Origin: an uncultured Clostridiaceae bacterium
Lineage (GTDB): Bacteria > Bacillota > Clostridia > JAAYHZ01
DNA: 53,336 nt
Assembly (NCBI GenBank): GCA_964547525.1
Contig: CAZJOD010000001.1
Span: 23,792-77,127, forward strand
Direction: 5' to 3'
The translations under genes and the position numbers were made by a program. The notes under the pieces were generated by a model. It did no database searches. It saw only the letters and a list, made by a program, of their open reading frames with translations, and was not told where the DNA came from. Of the stretch, positions 19,714 through 28,444 are shown in pieces; positions within the stretch are counted from its first letter, which is position 1, and each line of letters begins with the position of its first letter.

Positions 19714-20203
19714 AATTATAATTACTTAAACAGAAACAATTACAGTTTTTGTTTTCTTCCTTTCTGATATATATGTCATTTATTATATACTTTTTTATTT
19801 TAACATCAAGTTAATATAAAATCATGGGTAAGGGCGTCGACATAATCTCTTCTTTACTTACTCACAAATTAACATAATTATGAATATAGTATATAGACAT
19901 GAAAAGCCAGACAAAGGTTGTCAATATTTTATCGAAATTTTTTGGCAAAAATGAAGTATCTATACCGGTGAAACAACAAGACTTCGCGTTGACCGCGACA
20001 GGTAAAAAATGCATGTTGAGTCGTTACAGATTTCAAATTAAGTTTGGTTTATAAGTTTTACAATGAAATCGTCTGTTCATTAACAATCATCTCTCGGATC
20101 CTCTCTCGTATTTTCTTTTACATTAATATATACTTGTAAAATTATTCGTATTAAGCTAAACTGAATTGAAATAAATATGTTTAGTCTTGTTACAGATTAC
20201 ACA

Positions 20204-20344
20204 TGATTATACTGCAAAAATTTTATTTTATTTCAATAACCGAGCGAACATTGAACCGAAGTTATAAAATCAATTGGTGAAGGTATTTTCATTAACCGAT
20301 ATACACCGGATCACAGTAAGTTTGAGTTTATTGCAGTGAAATCA
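20204..20344 (+). mobile_element. MITE-like repeat, copy 2 (141 bp)
   Basis: TGATTATACTGCAAAAA...TTATTGCAGTGAAATCA flanked by CACA/CACA; ends 32 nt before the acyltransferase ATG. Confidence 0.85.
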
Positions 20345-20376
20345 CACATTTTAAAATTTTCACAGGGAGAGATAGA

Positions 20377-21654
20377 ATGAAATCAATAATACTTGAGGAC
20401 ATTAAACGATTTGATTTCCAAAAAGAGCCTATTAGGCAAAAATTCTATTTGAAGCCGTTAACATGGGCGTTAAGTTTTCCTAGTGTTTGGATGCACCAAA
20501 CCAAAATTCATCGTATTAATATGGAAAATTTAAAACCTCCATATTTATTATTATGTAATCATAATGCATTTTTTGATTTCAAAGTAACGACGGCGGCTAT
20601 CTTTCCTGAAAAATCAAACTATGTAGTTGCAATCGACGGATTTGTCAAAAGAGAATGGTTACTTAGAAATGTCGGTTGTATTGGAAAACGAAAATTTACA
20701 AACGATACAAATTTAATTCGACATCTAAAGCAAGTAATACAAAACGGAGACATTGCCGTCTTGTATCCGGAGGCACGCTATTCATTATGTGGTACAAATG
20801 CGGTACTACCTCAATCCATAGGAAAACTGGCTAAATTTTTAAAGGTTCCTGTAGTTACACTCATAATGAACGGCCACCACATAAATTCTCCTTTTTGGAA
20901 TTTAAAAGAGAGAGGAAACAAAACTGAAGCTACCTTAAAACAACTAATTACTATTGACAAGATAAAAACGCTTTCTTATGAAGAGATTTACAGACTCATA
21001 AAAAAGGAATTTGTTTACGATGATTATGCATGGCAAAAAGCCAACCAAATAAAAGTTACATATATAGATCGAGCCAAAGGTCTTCATAAGGTTTTATACC
21101 AATGCCCTCAATGTATGACAGAGTATCATATGGTATCTGAAGGAAGCCGAATACGTTGCAATCATTGCCAAAAAGAATGGGCTATGTCAGAATACGGCGA
21201 ATTGTCTGCAATACAAGGAGAAACGGAATTTTCCCATATACCGAATTGGTATGAGTGGCAAAGAACTCAAGTACGTAAGGAAGTCGAGGAAGGAAGGTAT
21301 AACTTTTCCGCACAAGTTGAAGTTCGTTCTTTACCGAATTCAAAAGGTTTTATCCATTTGGGTGACGGATTTTTAACTCATGATAACAATGGATTCATAT
21401 TGACAGGCACTTATAACGGGCAACCTTATCAAATTGAAAAAAGTGTAAATTCCCTTTATTCGTGTCACATCGAATATAACTATCTTGGTAAATACGGTGA
21501 TTGCATAGATTTAAATACACTTACCGATACATATTACATCTATCCTAAAAATTGCGATTTTTCAGTGACAAAAATCGCATTGGCTACTGAAGAACTTTAT
21601 GAATTGAATCGTCGTACCACTTTGTTAATGAAACCTTTAGTAAATAAAAAATGA
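20377..21654 (+). CDS. Lysophospholipid acyltransferase (PlsC-like) with C-terminal CxxC/CxxC extension
   Basis: NHNAFFD (HX4D), LYPEARY; CPQC and CNHC. Confidence 0.8.
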   Translation: MKSIILEDIKRFDFQKEPIRQKFYLKPLTWALSFPSVWMHQTKIHRINMENLKPPYLLLCNHNAFFDFKVTTAAIFPEKSNYVVAIDGFVKREWLLRNVGCIGKRKFTNDTNLIRHLKQVIQNGDIAVLYPEARYSLCGTNAVLPQSIGKLAKFLKVPVVTLIMNGHHINSPFWNLKERGNKTEATLKQLITIDKIKTLSYEEIYRLIKKEFVYDDYAWQKANQIKVTYIDRAKGLHKVLYQCPQCMTEYHMVSEGSRIRCNHCQKEWAMSEYGELSAIQGETEFSHIPNWYEWQRTQVRKEVEEGRYNFSAQVEVRSLPNSKGFIHLGDGFLTHDNNGFILTGTYNGQPYQIEKSVNSLYSCHIEYNYLGKYGDCIDLNTLTDTYYIYPKNCDFSVTKIALATEELYELNRRTTLLMKPLVNKK

Positions 21655-21759
21655 TATGTATATTTATTCAGCAGTATGACGACTGTAACCGTGAATCCTC
21701 TTCTAAGGTCATTTATCGGTTTACCAAAACTTTAAAAATTAAATGTTTCACAAATCGAG

Positions 21760-21788
21760 AAAAGGCTGAAGTTATGTTTCAGCCTTTT
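21760..21788. terminator. Bidirectional terminator
   Basis: AAAAGGCTGAA...TTCAGCCTTTT between convergent genes. Confidence 0.75.
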
Positions 21789-21827
21789 GTTTCAAACTGT
21801 TATACTCTATAAAAACTGTCCTTATAT

Positions 21828-22925
21828 TTACCAGATCACAGAAGGATGCCCATGCAGGTTCGGGAGTCTGTTCGGACGAACAAGTGCTCCACCTTCTTCA
21901 TAAGAGTTTATTGCAGCGAAAGTATATTCCAATGTGGCTAAAGCGTCTCTGCCGGATGCTCTTATAAATTCTTTGGGCACACCGTTAGTAATATCCTCAA
22001 GGAAAGCATGAAGCCTTGTGGGGAATGTGGAATTAAAGTCTGTTACATTATAATCCATAACTTTAGGTTCGGGAGATGTCTTCTCTCCGGCTTTGGGTGC
22101 TTCCCAAAGAGTAAGTTTTTCTACACAGTTTTCAATACAGAAGGTACCTTTGGTTCCCGCCATCTCGAAGCTCCACCAACCTCCTAAACCAAACATCGCA
22201 TCTCCTCTTTGAGACAATAGATACCCAACACTACCATTTTCAAATTTTACATGAATACTGTTAATTGACAGCATTAAATCCTCGGCACTTTTTCTTACAC
22301 CGGGTTTATTCATAAATGCTTGAACATGGGTTATATCTCCGCCAAAATAACGCAAAACACTAAAAGGATGAGCAAGGAACGCTTTGACATGAGAATACGG
22401 CCGTTGCCATCTAGGGCTTCCGGGTCCGCCATAAGTTGCTTCTCCACCGTTAAATCCCATCTTATGCAAACAATATACCGGTTCACCTATTTTGCCTTCT
22501 TTTATAAACTGCTTTGCTTTGTCAGCAGGTTGTGTAAAATAATGATTCAGATTGCATCCAAGGTAAACATCCTTCTTCGATGCCAATTCAACCATTTCTC
22601 TTGCTTCTAAAACATCGTTTGATATAGGTTTTTCAACTAATACGTTTTTTCCGGCTTCCAGAGCTTCCATTGCAGGCAAATAGTGCCAGCTTCCGTTTTC
22701 ATATCCGCTTGTTGTTACATCAACAATATCCAACTCCGGGTGTGCATTTAACATATCCTTCAGACTGTAATACGCTTTTACTCCAAGTTTCTCAGCAGCC
22801 GTATCAGCCTTCGCTTTAACAATATCACATATAGCGACTAGCTCCGCAAGCGTATCATTTTTATAACACTGTGCATGAAGATTACCAATGCCCCCCATAC
22901 CGACTATACCTATTTTTAAACCCAT
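21828..22925 (-). CDS. Gfo/Idh/MocA family oxidoreductase
   Basis: GIVGMGGIG, NVLVEKPI; ATG 22925 with GAAAGGAAGG RBS. Confidence 0.85.
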   Translation of the reverse strand: MGLKIGIVGMGGIGNLHAQCYKNDTLAELVAICDIVKAKADTAAEKLGVKAYYSLKDMLNAHPELDIVDVTTSGYENGSWHYLPAMEALEAGKNVLVEKPISNDVLEAREMVELASKKDVYLGCNLNHYFTQPADKAKQFIKEGKIGEPVYCLHKMGFNGGEATYGGPGSPRWQRPYSHVKAFLAHPFSVLRYFGGDITHVQAFMNKPGVRKSAEDLMLSINSIHVKFENGSVGYLLSQRGDAMFGLGGWWSFEMAGTKGTFCIENCVEKLTLWEAPKAGEKTSPEPKVMDYNVTDFNSTFPTRLHAFLEDITNGVPKEFIRASGRDALATLEYTFAAINSYEEGGALVRPNRLPNLHGHPSVIW

Positions 22926-23155
22926 AATGCGATACCTTCCTTTCACTGTGTCTAATACCATTTATTTAATTGACCTTAGAAAAATCAAAAATGATATCCA
23001 AGGCATTTCCGATTATCTACATGTTACCGGAAATAATAATAAATGAACAGTAAATACACAATTTAATAACCACCATAATTTTACTAAAATTTTTCCTCAA
23101 ATACAACAAAGCTTGTTAATAAACCTATCTATTAGGATATAATCACTACATTTTA

Positions 23156-23776
23156 TTATAAGTGTTTGTAATAAAAAATAGCAAGCTGTGTTCTGTCTCT
23201 TAATTTTAATTTTTCAAGTATGACACTTATGTAATTGCGAACGGTTCCCTCACTTAGAAAAAGCGTCTCGGATATTTCCCTGTTAGATAAACCATTCGCA
23301 ACCTGTGTAATTATTTCAACTTCTTTCTCACTCAAATCAAACTTATTTATATATGATTTACTTATATTTGTTTTAAACACAGGTATCTTAGCGATTATTT
23401 CATCACCAAATACTCTTTGACCCATAAAAACCGCCTTAACGGAGGGCAATATACTTTCAAAATTCTGTTTCAATATATACCCTTTAGCTCCTATTTGGAA
23501 AGCTTTTATTATATACTCATTATCAGAAAATGTGGTTAAGAATAAAATTTTCGCTTTACTGTCCTTTTTCAATATTATTTCAGCGGCATCTAAACCTGTC
23601 ATTCCATCCATTCTTATGTCCATTAAAAGTACATCCGGTATTAATTTTGTATATAGATCAACAGCCTGTTTGCCACTGTTTCCTATCCCCGCCACTTCAA
23701 CTTCATTGTCAGCTTCCAATATTATTTTTAAAGATGCCAAAACGAGTTTATCGTCATCTATTACCAATACTCTCAA
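23156..23776 (-). CDS. NarL/LuxR family response regulator
   Basis: VIDDD, LMDIRM receiver; LSEGTVRNYIS..RDRTQLA HTH; TTG start with GAAGGAGG. Confidence 0.92.
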   Translation of the reverse strand: MRVLVIDDDKLVLASLKIILEADNEVEVAGIGNSGKQAVDLYTKLIPDVLLMDIRMDGMTGLDAAEIILKKDSKAKILFLTTFSDNEYIIKAFQIGAKGYILKQNFESILPSVKAVFMGQRVFGDEIIAKIPVFKTNISKSYINKFDLSEKEVEIITQVANGLSNREISETLFLSEGTVRNYISVILEKLKLRDRTQLAIFYYKHL

Positions 23777-23781
23777 GCTAT

Positions 23782-24855
23782 CTAAACCTCCTTCGGGACG
23801 GAAATAAATATCTCAAAGCCTTTTTCCGTCTTAATATTTATATTTCCATTCAATGAATGTATCCTGTCGGTCATGTTTTTAAGTCCTAGACCCTCCTCGG
23901 AAAGAGAACTTTTCACATTACCGTTATCTCTTATAATTAATTGGTAAAATGCAGGATGTTCTCCCACTGTAATGAAGACGTGTGTTGCATTTGAATGTTT
24001 AATAATATTTGACAAAGCTTCTTTAACAATTGATATGAATGCATATTTTAATTTTTTTTCGGGATTTTGATTTATCCTGTAATCAAAATACAATTCACAG
24101 AATGTAAAATGGTTAATAATATCTTCCAGCTGCATTTTAAGATCGACCGATTCGTCATATAACTCATGAACACTGTTTCTAATATTGTTCATTGCTTGTA
24201 ACAGTGTATCATTTAAAGTTTTTAGATTATCCCTTATTTTTTCATCACGATTTATAGTAAGAAGTGCAGCCGACTGTAAGATGGAACTTGAAAGCAGGTG
24301 CCCTACATTGTCATGAATTTCCCTTGCTATACGATTTCGTTCGTTTAAGGTTGCCATATTTAGCTCTGTATCTTGTTTTTCTATTAAATCCTTATTTTGT
24401 TTTTTTAATTTAACTGCCATTTCTCTTGTAGTATCATTCAATTTATTATATTTATCATGTAATTTAATAAGCATTTCCGTACGGTACCTGATTAATATAC
24501 ATGTAATCAACATCCCTATAACTATTAAAACGGTTTGGACCGATGCATGTCCTATAAAGTATATTACAGGAATTATACCGAGTAAATTTATATACTGATA
24601 TTTATAAAACACCATATCATATACAATCAACGGTAAAAACAAAGTTAATACCGGAATATAACATGCCATAACTGAAAATCCCAACGTTAAAACTGTTCTA
24701 AGACGTTCATCTTCGAAGTAGCTTAAAAAACCGCTTATAGTCATACTTATAAGCAGTATTATGACATTAGCTTCAAAATCCGCGCAGCTGACCCATAATA
24801 TAAGACAAACAAAAAAAATAATTAATTTGTCGATTAAATTTTTTGAATTTAACAT
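23782..24855 (-). CDS. Membrane sensor histidine kinase (HisKA_3)
   Basis: ERNRIAREIHDNVGH, EALSNIIKHS, DNG, GLGL; N-terminal transmembrane segments. Confidence 0.92.
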   Translation of the reverse strand: MLNSKNLIDKLIIFFVCLILWVSCADFEANVIILLISMTISGFLSYFEDERLRTVLTLGFSVMACYIPVLTLFLPLIVYDMVFYKYQYINLLGIIPVIYFIGHASVQTVLIVIGMLITCILIRYRTEMLIKLHDKYNKLNDTTREMAVKLKKQNKDLIEKQDTELNMATLNERNRIAREIHDNVGHLLSSSILQSAALLTINRDEKIRDNLKTLNDTLLQAMNNIRNSVHELYDESVDLKMQLEDIINHFTFCELYFDYRINQNPEKKLKYAFISIVKEALSNIIKHSNATHVFITVGEHPAFYQLIIRDNGNVKSSLSEEGLGLKNMTDRIHSLNGNINIKTEKGFEIFISVPKEV

Positions 24856-24998
24856 AAGTATACCATTTTTATCCTAAGCTCTAAAATCTTGCTCTTATAG
24901 CTTTAAAAAGTACGGCAAATTGGAGAACACTTTATAATTTATATTACCGGTTTAATTTCATATGCACAATCAAAAATTCACATTAATACGTTAAAACA

Positions 24999-25012
24999 AT
25001 GACAATTGTCAT
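24999..25012. promoter_or_regulatory. Putative response-regulator binding palindrome
   Basis: Perfect palindrome ATGACAATTGTCAT about 80 nt upstream of the ABC operon, between divergent genes. Confidence 0.6.
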
Positions 25013-25092
25013 ATTCAAATATGATTTGAAACACTTACAACTTAATCATATACGGTTTATTATTATAGTATAAAACACAGGAGGTACTATAA

Positions 25093-26025
25093 ATGATTAT
25101 AAAGGTTAAAAATTTGGTAAAACGCTACGGTGACTTGATAGCTCTTGACCACTTTTGCTTATCCATAAAAGAAGGAGAGATATTCGGATTACTCGGTCCA
25201 AACGGATCAGGTAAAACAACCGCAATTAATTGTATACTATCTTTACTTCAATATGACACCGGTGAAATCGAAATTTTCGATAAACCTATGACACCTGAGG
25301 CATATGATATAAAACGTAATATCGGAGTTGTAATGCAAAATGTAGCGGTATATAACGAGTTGACGGTTTATGAAAATATCGACTTTTTTTGTGGACTCTA
25401 TATAACAGATAAAATTCAAAAAAAGAAACTTGTAGAAGAAGCTATTGAATTTGTAGGGTTAGGTGAATTCAGGAAATTCTATCCAAAAAAATTAAGTGGA
25501 GGTTTGCTTAGAAGATTAAACATTGCATGTGGAATAGTACACAAACCAAAATTAATATTTTTTGATGAACCGACTGTTGCGGTAGATCCCCAAAGTCGCA
25601 ATAGAATACTACAAGGAATCATGGAACTTAATAAACAAGGAGCAACTGTGATTTATACATCACATTATATGGAAGAAGTTGAACAAATATGTAGTAGAAT
25701 TATGATAATTGACAGGGGTAAAACAATAGCGACCGGAACAAAAGATGAACTTAAAGCTATGATAACCCTAGGCGAAAAGATCACTGTAGAATCTTACGAG
25801 GTAACATATGAACAGATCGAATCCATTAAAAAGCTGCCGAATATCGTATCTGTAGAATACAAAGATCAACTGTTGATAATCAAATCCGGCAAAGGCAAAA
25901 ATAATCTTGAAATAGTTTTGGATTATATAAAAAAAGCAGGTATTCAATTCGGTAAAATATACTCAGAACTACCGACACTAAACGATGTTTTCCTTGAAAT
26001 CACAGGAAAAGAGTTAAGAGATTAA
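25093..26025 (+). CDS. ABC exporter ATP-binding protein
   Basis: GPNGSGKT, LSGG, DEPTVAVDPQSR. Confidence 0.95.
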   Translation: MIIKVKNLVKRYGDLIALDHFCLSIKEGEIFGLLGPNGSGKTTAINCILSLLQYDTGEIEIFDKPMTPEAYDIKRNIGVVMQNVAVYNELTVYENIDFFCGLYITDKIQKKKLVEEAIEFVGLGEFRKFYPKKLSGGLLRRLNIACGIVHKPKLIFFDEPTVAVDPQSRNRILQGIMELNKQGATVIYTSHYMEEVEQICSRIMIIDRGKTIATGTKDELKAMITLGEKITVESYEVTYEQIESIKKLPNIVSVEYKDQLLIIKSGKGKNNLEIVLDYIKKAGIQFGKIYSELPTLNDVFLEITGKELRD

Positions 26026-26037
26026 GGAGGATTAAAA

Positions 26038-27174
26038 ATGTTTTCACATATATTCAAATATAGAATAAAATGCCTTCTAAGAGATCGAGTAACAGTATTT
26101 TGGACATTAATGTTTCCATTGGTGTTGGCTACATTTTTTAATCTTGCTTTTTCTAATCTGGATGATCATGAAAAATTTCAACCAATAAACATAGCAGTTG
26201 CAGATAATGAAGCATATCGTTCAAATCAAGGTTTAAAATCGGTATTAGGTGAAGTGTCAACCGGAGACGACAGATTATTTAATCTTGCAATAGTATCCCA
26301 AGAAGAAGCCGACAGATTGTTATTTGAAAACTCCATAGCAGGATATTTGGCGGTGGATACATCCATAAAACTCGTGGTTAACAAGTCAGGATTGAATCAA
26401 AGTATAATAAAAAGTTTTATAGACAGCTATTTACAAACAAACTCCACAGTCACATCGATCATAACTGATAACCCTTCTAAATACCCGGAAATTGTAAATG
26501 ATATAGGAAACCGCAAAGAATACGTGCGAGAGGTGTCCGGTACAAGCGCAGAGCCAAATGCAATGCTAAATTATTTTTACACATTGATAGCCATGGCATG
26601 TTTTTACGGTGGACTGCAAGGAAGCCGTGAGGTCTCGGATATTCAAGCCAATATTTCATATATAGCCACAAGGGTCAATACAGTACCTGTTCATAAACTG
26701 AAAATATTTTTATACAATATGTGTGCTTCCCTGTTTATCCATTATGCACAAATACTTGTGCTCTTAACTTATCTATATTTCGGTCTTAAAATTGACTTTG
26801 GAACAAAATGGGTGCTTGTACTTTTAACCGCATTTATCGGTTCAATTGTAGGGTTATCCTTCGGAGCGTTTATAAGTGCCGCGGCAAAAAAATCCGAAGG
26901 CGTTAAAATCGCCGTTATAATAGGTGTGTCAATGATCTGTTCTTTTTTGGCAGGAATGATGTATCAGGGCATGAAATATATTGTCGCTCAAAAAATACCT
27001 GTATTATCATGGTTAAACCCATTGAATTTATTAACCGACGCTTTTTATAGCCTTTATTACTATGACACTCTCAATAGATATACACTCAATATGATCGTTT
27101 TAACTGCCTTTATACCGATATTTTGTTTGGGAACCTATTTTATGATAAGGAGGAGAAAATATGCAAGTCTTTAA
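26038..27174 (+). CDS. ABC-2 type permease
   Basis: N-terminal TM, extracellular loop, C-terminal TM bundle; in operon with the ATPase. Confidence 0.9.
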   Translation: MFSHIFKYRIKCLLRDRVTVFWTLMFPLVLATFFNLAFSNLDDHEKFQPINIAVADNEAYRSNQGLKSVLGEVSTGDDRLFNLAIVSQEEADRLLFENSIAGYLAVDTSIKLVVNKSGLNQSIIKSFIDSYLQTNSTVTSIITDNPSKYPEIVNDIGNRKEYVREVSGTSAEPNAMLNYFYTLIAMACFYGGLQGSREVSDIQANISYIATRVNTVPVHKLKIFLYNMCASLFIHYAQILVLLTYLYFGLKIDFGTKWVLVLLTAFIGSIVGLSFGAFISAAAKKSEGVKIAVIIGVSMICSFLAGMMYQGMKYIVAQKIPVLSWLNPLNLLTDAFYSLYYYDTLNRYTLNMIVLTAFIPIFCLGTYFMIRRRKYASL

Positions 27175-28327
27175 ATTATGCTTAAAAATATTAAAGAAAA
27201 ATATACCTTCAATGATGATATACATTATAGTTTTTTTGGTAGTCTCCCTTATAATGTCAGCTTCAATGGTAAGTGATCAAAAAAAGGAGACATCATTTAC
27301 CGGAGTTAAACATAACATTGCTTTAATTTGTGAAGAAAACAGCCCTTTAATAGACGGATTCAAAGCGGAACTCGGAAAAATTGTTAACTTTGTTGAACTC
27401 CCCGATGAGATTGAAGCGTTGCAAGACGCTCTTTATTTCAGATCGGTTACCTATATTCTTCGAATACCTAAGGGTTTTACCGATGAGTTTATGAAAGGTG
27501 AGACTGTGCAGCTTGAAAAAACAATAATACCTTCTTCCTTTAGTAACATATATATTGATCTTAGTATCGATAAATATTTCAACACAGCACGACTTTATGT
27601 TAACAATTCAAACGGTATAACACAACAAGAATTGGTTGAACGGTTAAATAAAGATTTATCTTTAGATACTACTGTCGAATTAAAAACAAACGGTGAAGAA
27701 CCCACAGACCTTTTATATGCGAATTATTATTTCAACTATTTGGTATACTCGCTTTTTTTCATACTGATATTGGGTATCAACGCTTTAGTACTTGCATTCA
27801 ACAATCAAGACTTGAAAAGAAGAACAGCATGCTCACCGATTACAACCGGAAGTGTCAATCTGCAATTTGTACTTGTCAACCTTTTGTTTACTTTTATAGC
27901 ATGGTTTATTATGGTAATATTTTGTATCTTATTTAACCTCAAAAACAGTTTCAATACAAATATGATATTCTTCCTAATAAACTCTCTAGTATTCGCGTTT
28001 TGCTGCTCTAGCATCAGTTACTTAATCGGCAATCTGGTAAAAGGTCAAGAAGCTGTTTCAGCGGTTAGTAATGTAGTCGCATTAGGATTATGTTTTATAA
28101 GTGGTGTCTTTGTACCGCAGGAATTTTTAGGAAGTTCTGTTCTAAAGATCGCAAGCTTTACACCTTCTTACTGGTTTGTTAAAGCTAATAATCAAATAGC
28201 AAATTTGACACGCTTCGATTTTCCTTATCTGCAACCTATTCTATCGGATATGGTTGTACAAATTGGTTTTGCACTTGCCTTCTTTTCGATAGCTTTGGTA
28301 ATAGCAAAGAAAAAAAGATACAGCTAG
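27161..28327 (+). CDS. ABC-2 type permease
   Basis: Same architecture, FISGVFVP motif; overlaps the previous stop. Confidence 0.9.
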   Translation: MQVFKLCLKILKKNIPSMMIYIIVFLVVSLIMSASMVSDQKKETSFTGVKHNIALICEENSPLIDGFKAELGKIVNFVELPDEIEALQDALYFRSVTYILRIPKGFTDEFMKGETVQLEKTIIPSSFSNIYIDLSIDKYFNTARLYVNNSNGITQQELVERLNKDLSLDTTVELKTNGEEPTDLLYANYYFNYLVYSLFFILILGINALVLAFNNQDLKRRTACSPITTGSVNLQFVLVNLLFTFIAWFIMVIFCILFNLKNSFNTNMIFFLINSLVFAFCCSSISYLIGNLVKGQEAVSAVSNVVALGLCFISGVFVPQEFLGSSVLKIASFTPSYWFVKANNQIANLTRFDFPYLQPILSDMVVQIGFALAFFSIALVIAKKKRYS

Positions 28328-28335
28328 AATTTTAC

Positions 28336-28374
28336 AAACCTGCAGCTTTGTTATTGATGCTGCAGGTTTTTTTT
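28336..28374 (+). terminator. Intrinsic terminator
   Basis: AAACCTGCAGC...GCTGCAGGTTT plus T run. Confidence 0.85.
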
Positions 28375-28402
28375 AATTCTTAAATATATAAAAATCAATA
28401 TA

Positions 28403-28444
28403 TGATTTCACTGCAATAAAACCGGGTTTTTTGCAGTAGAATCA
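28403..28444 (-). mobile_element. MITE-like repeat, collapsed 42-bp form
   Basis: Minus strand TGATTCTACTGCAAAAAACCCGGTTTTATTGCAGTGAAATCA, flanked by TATA/TATA; overlaps the 3' end of the 839-aa gene. Confidence 0.85.

Noticed and set aside
19714-20203. Possible glycine riboswitch upstream of ltaE, and a ~51-codon ORF from ATG 19899
   Set aside because: The conserved aptamer segments (GGAGA..CCGAAG..CTCAGG) are not found; the ORF lacks an RBS and recognisable motifs.
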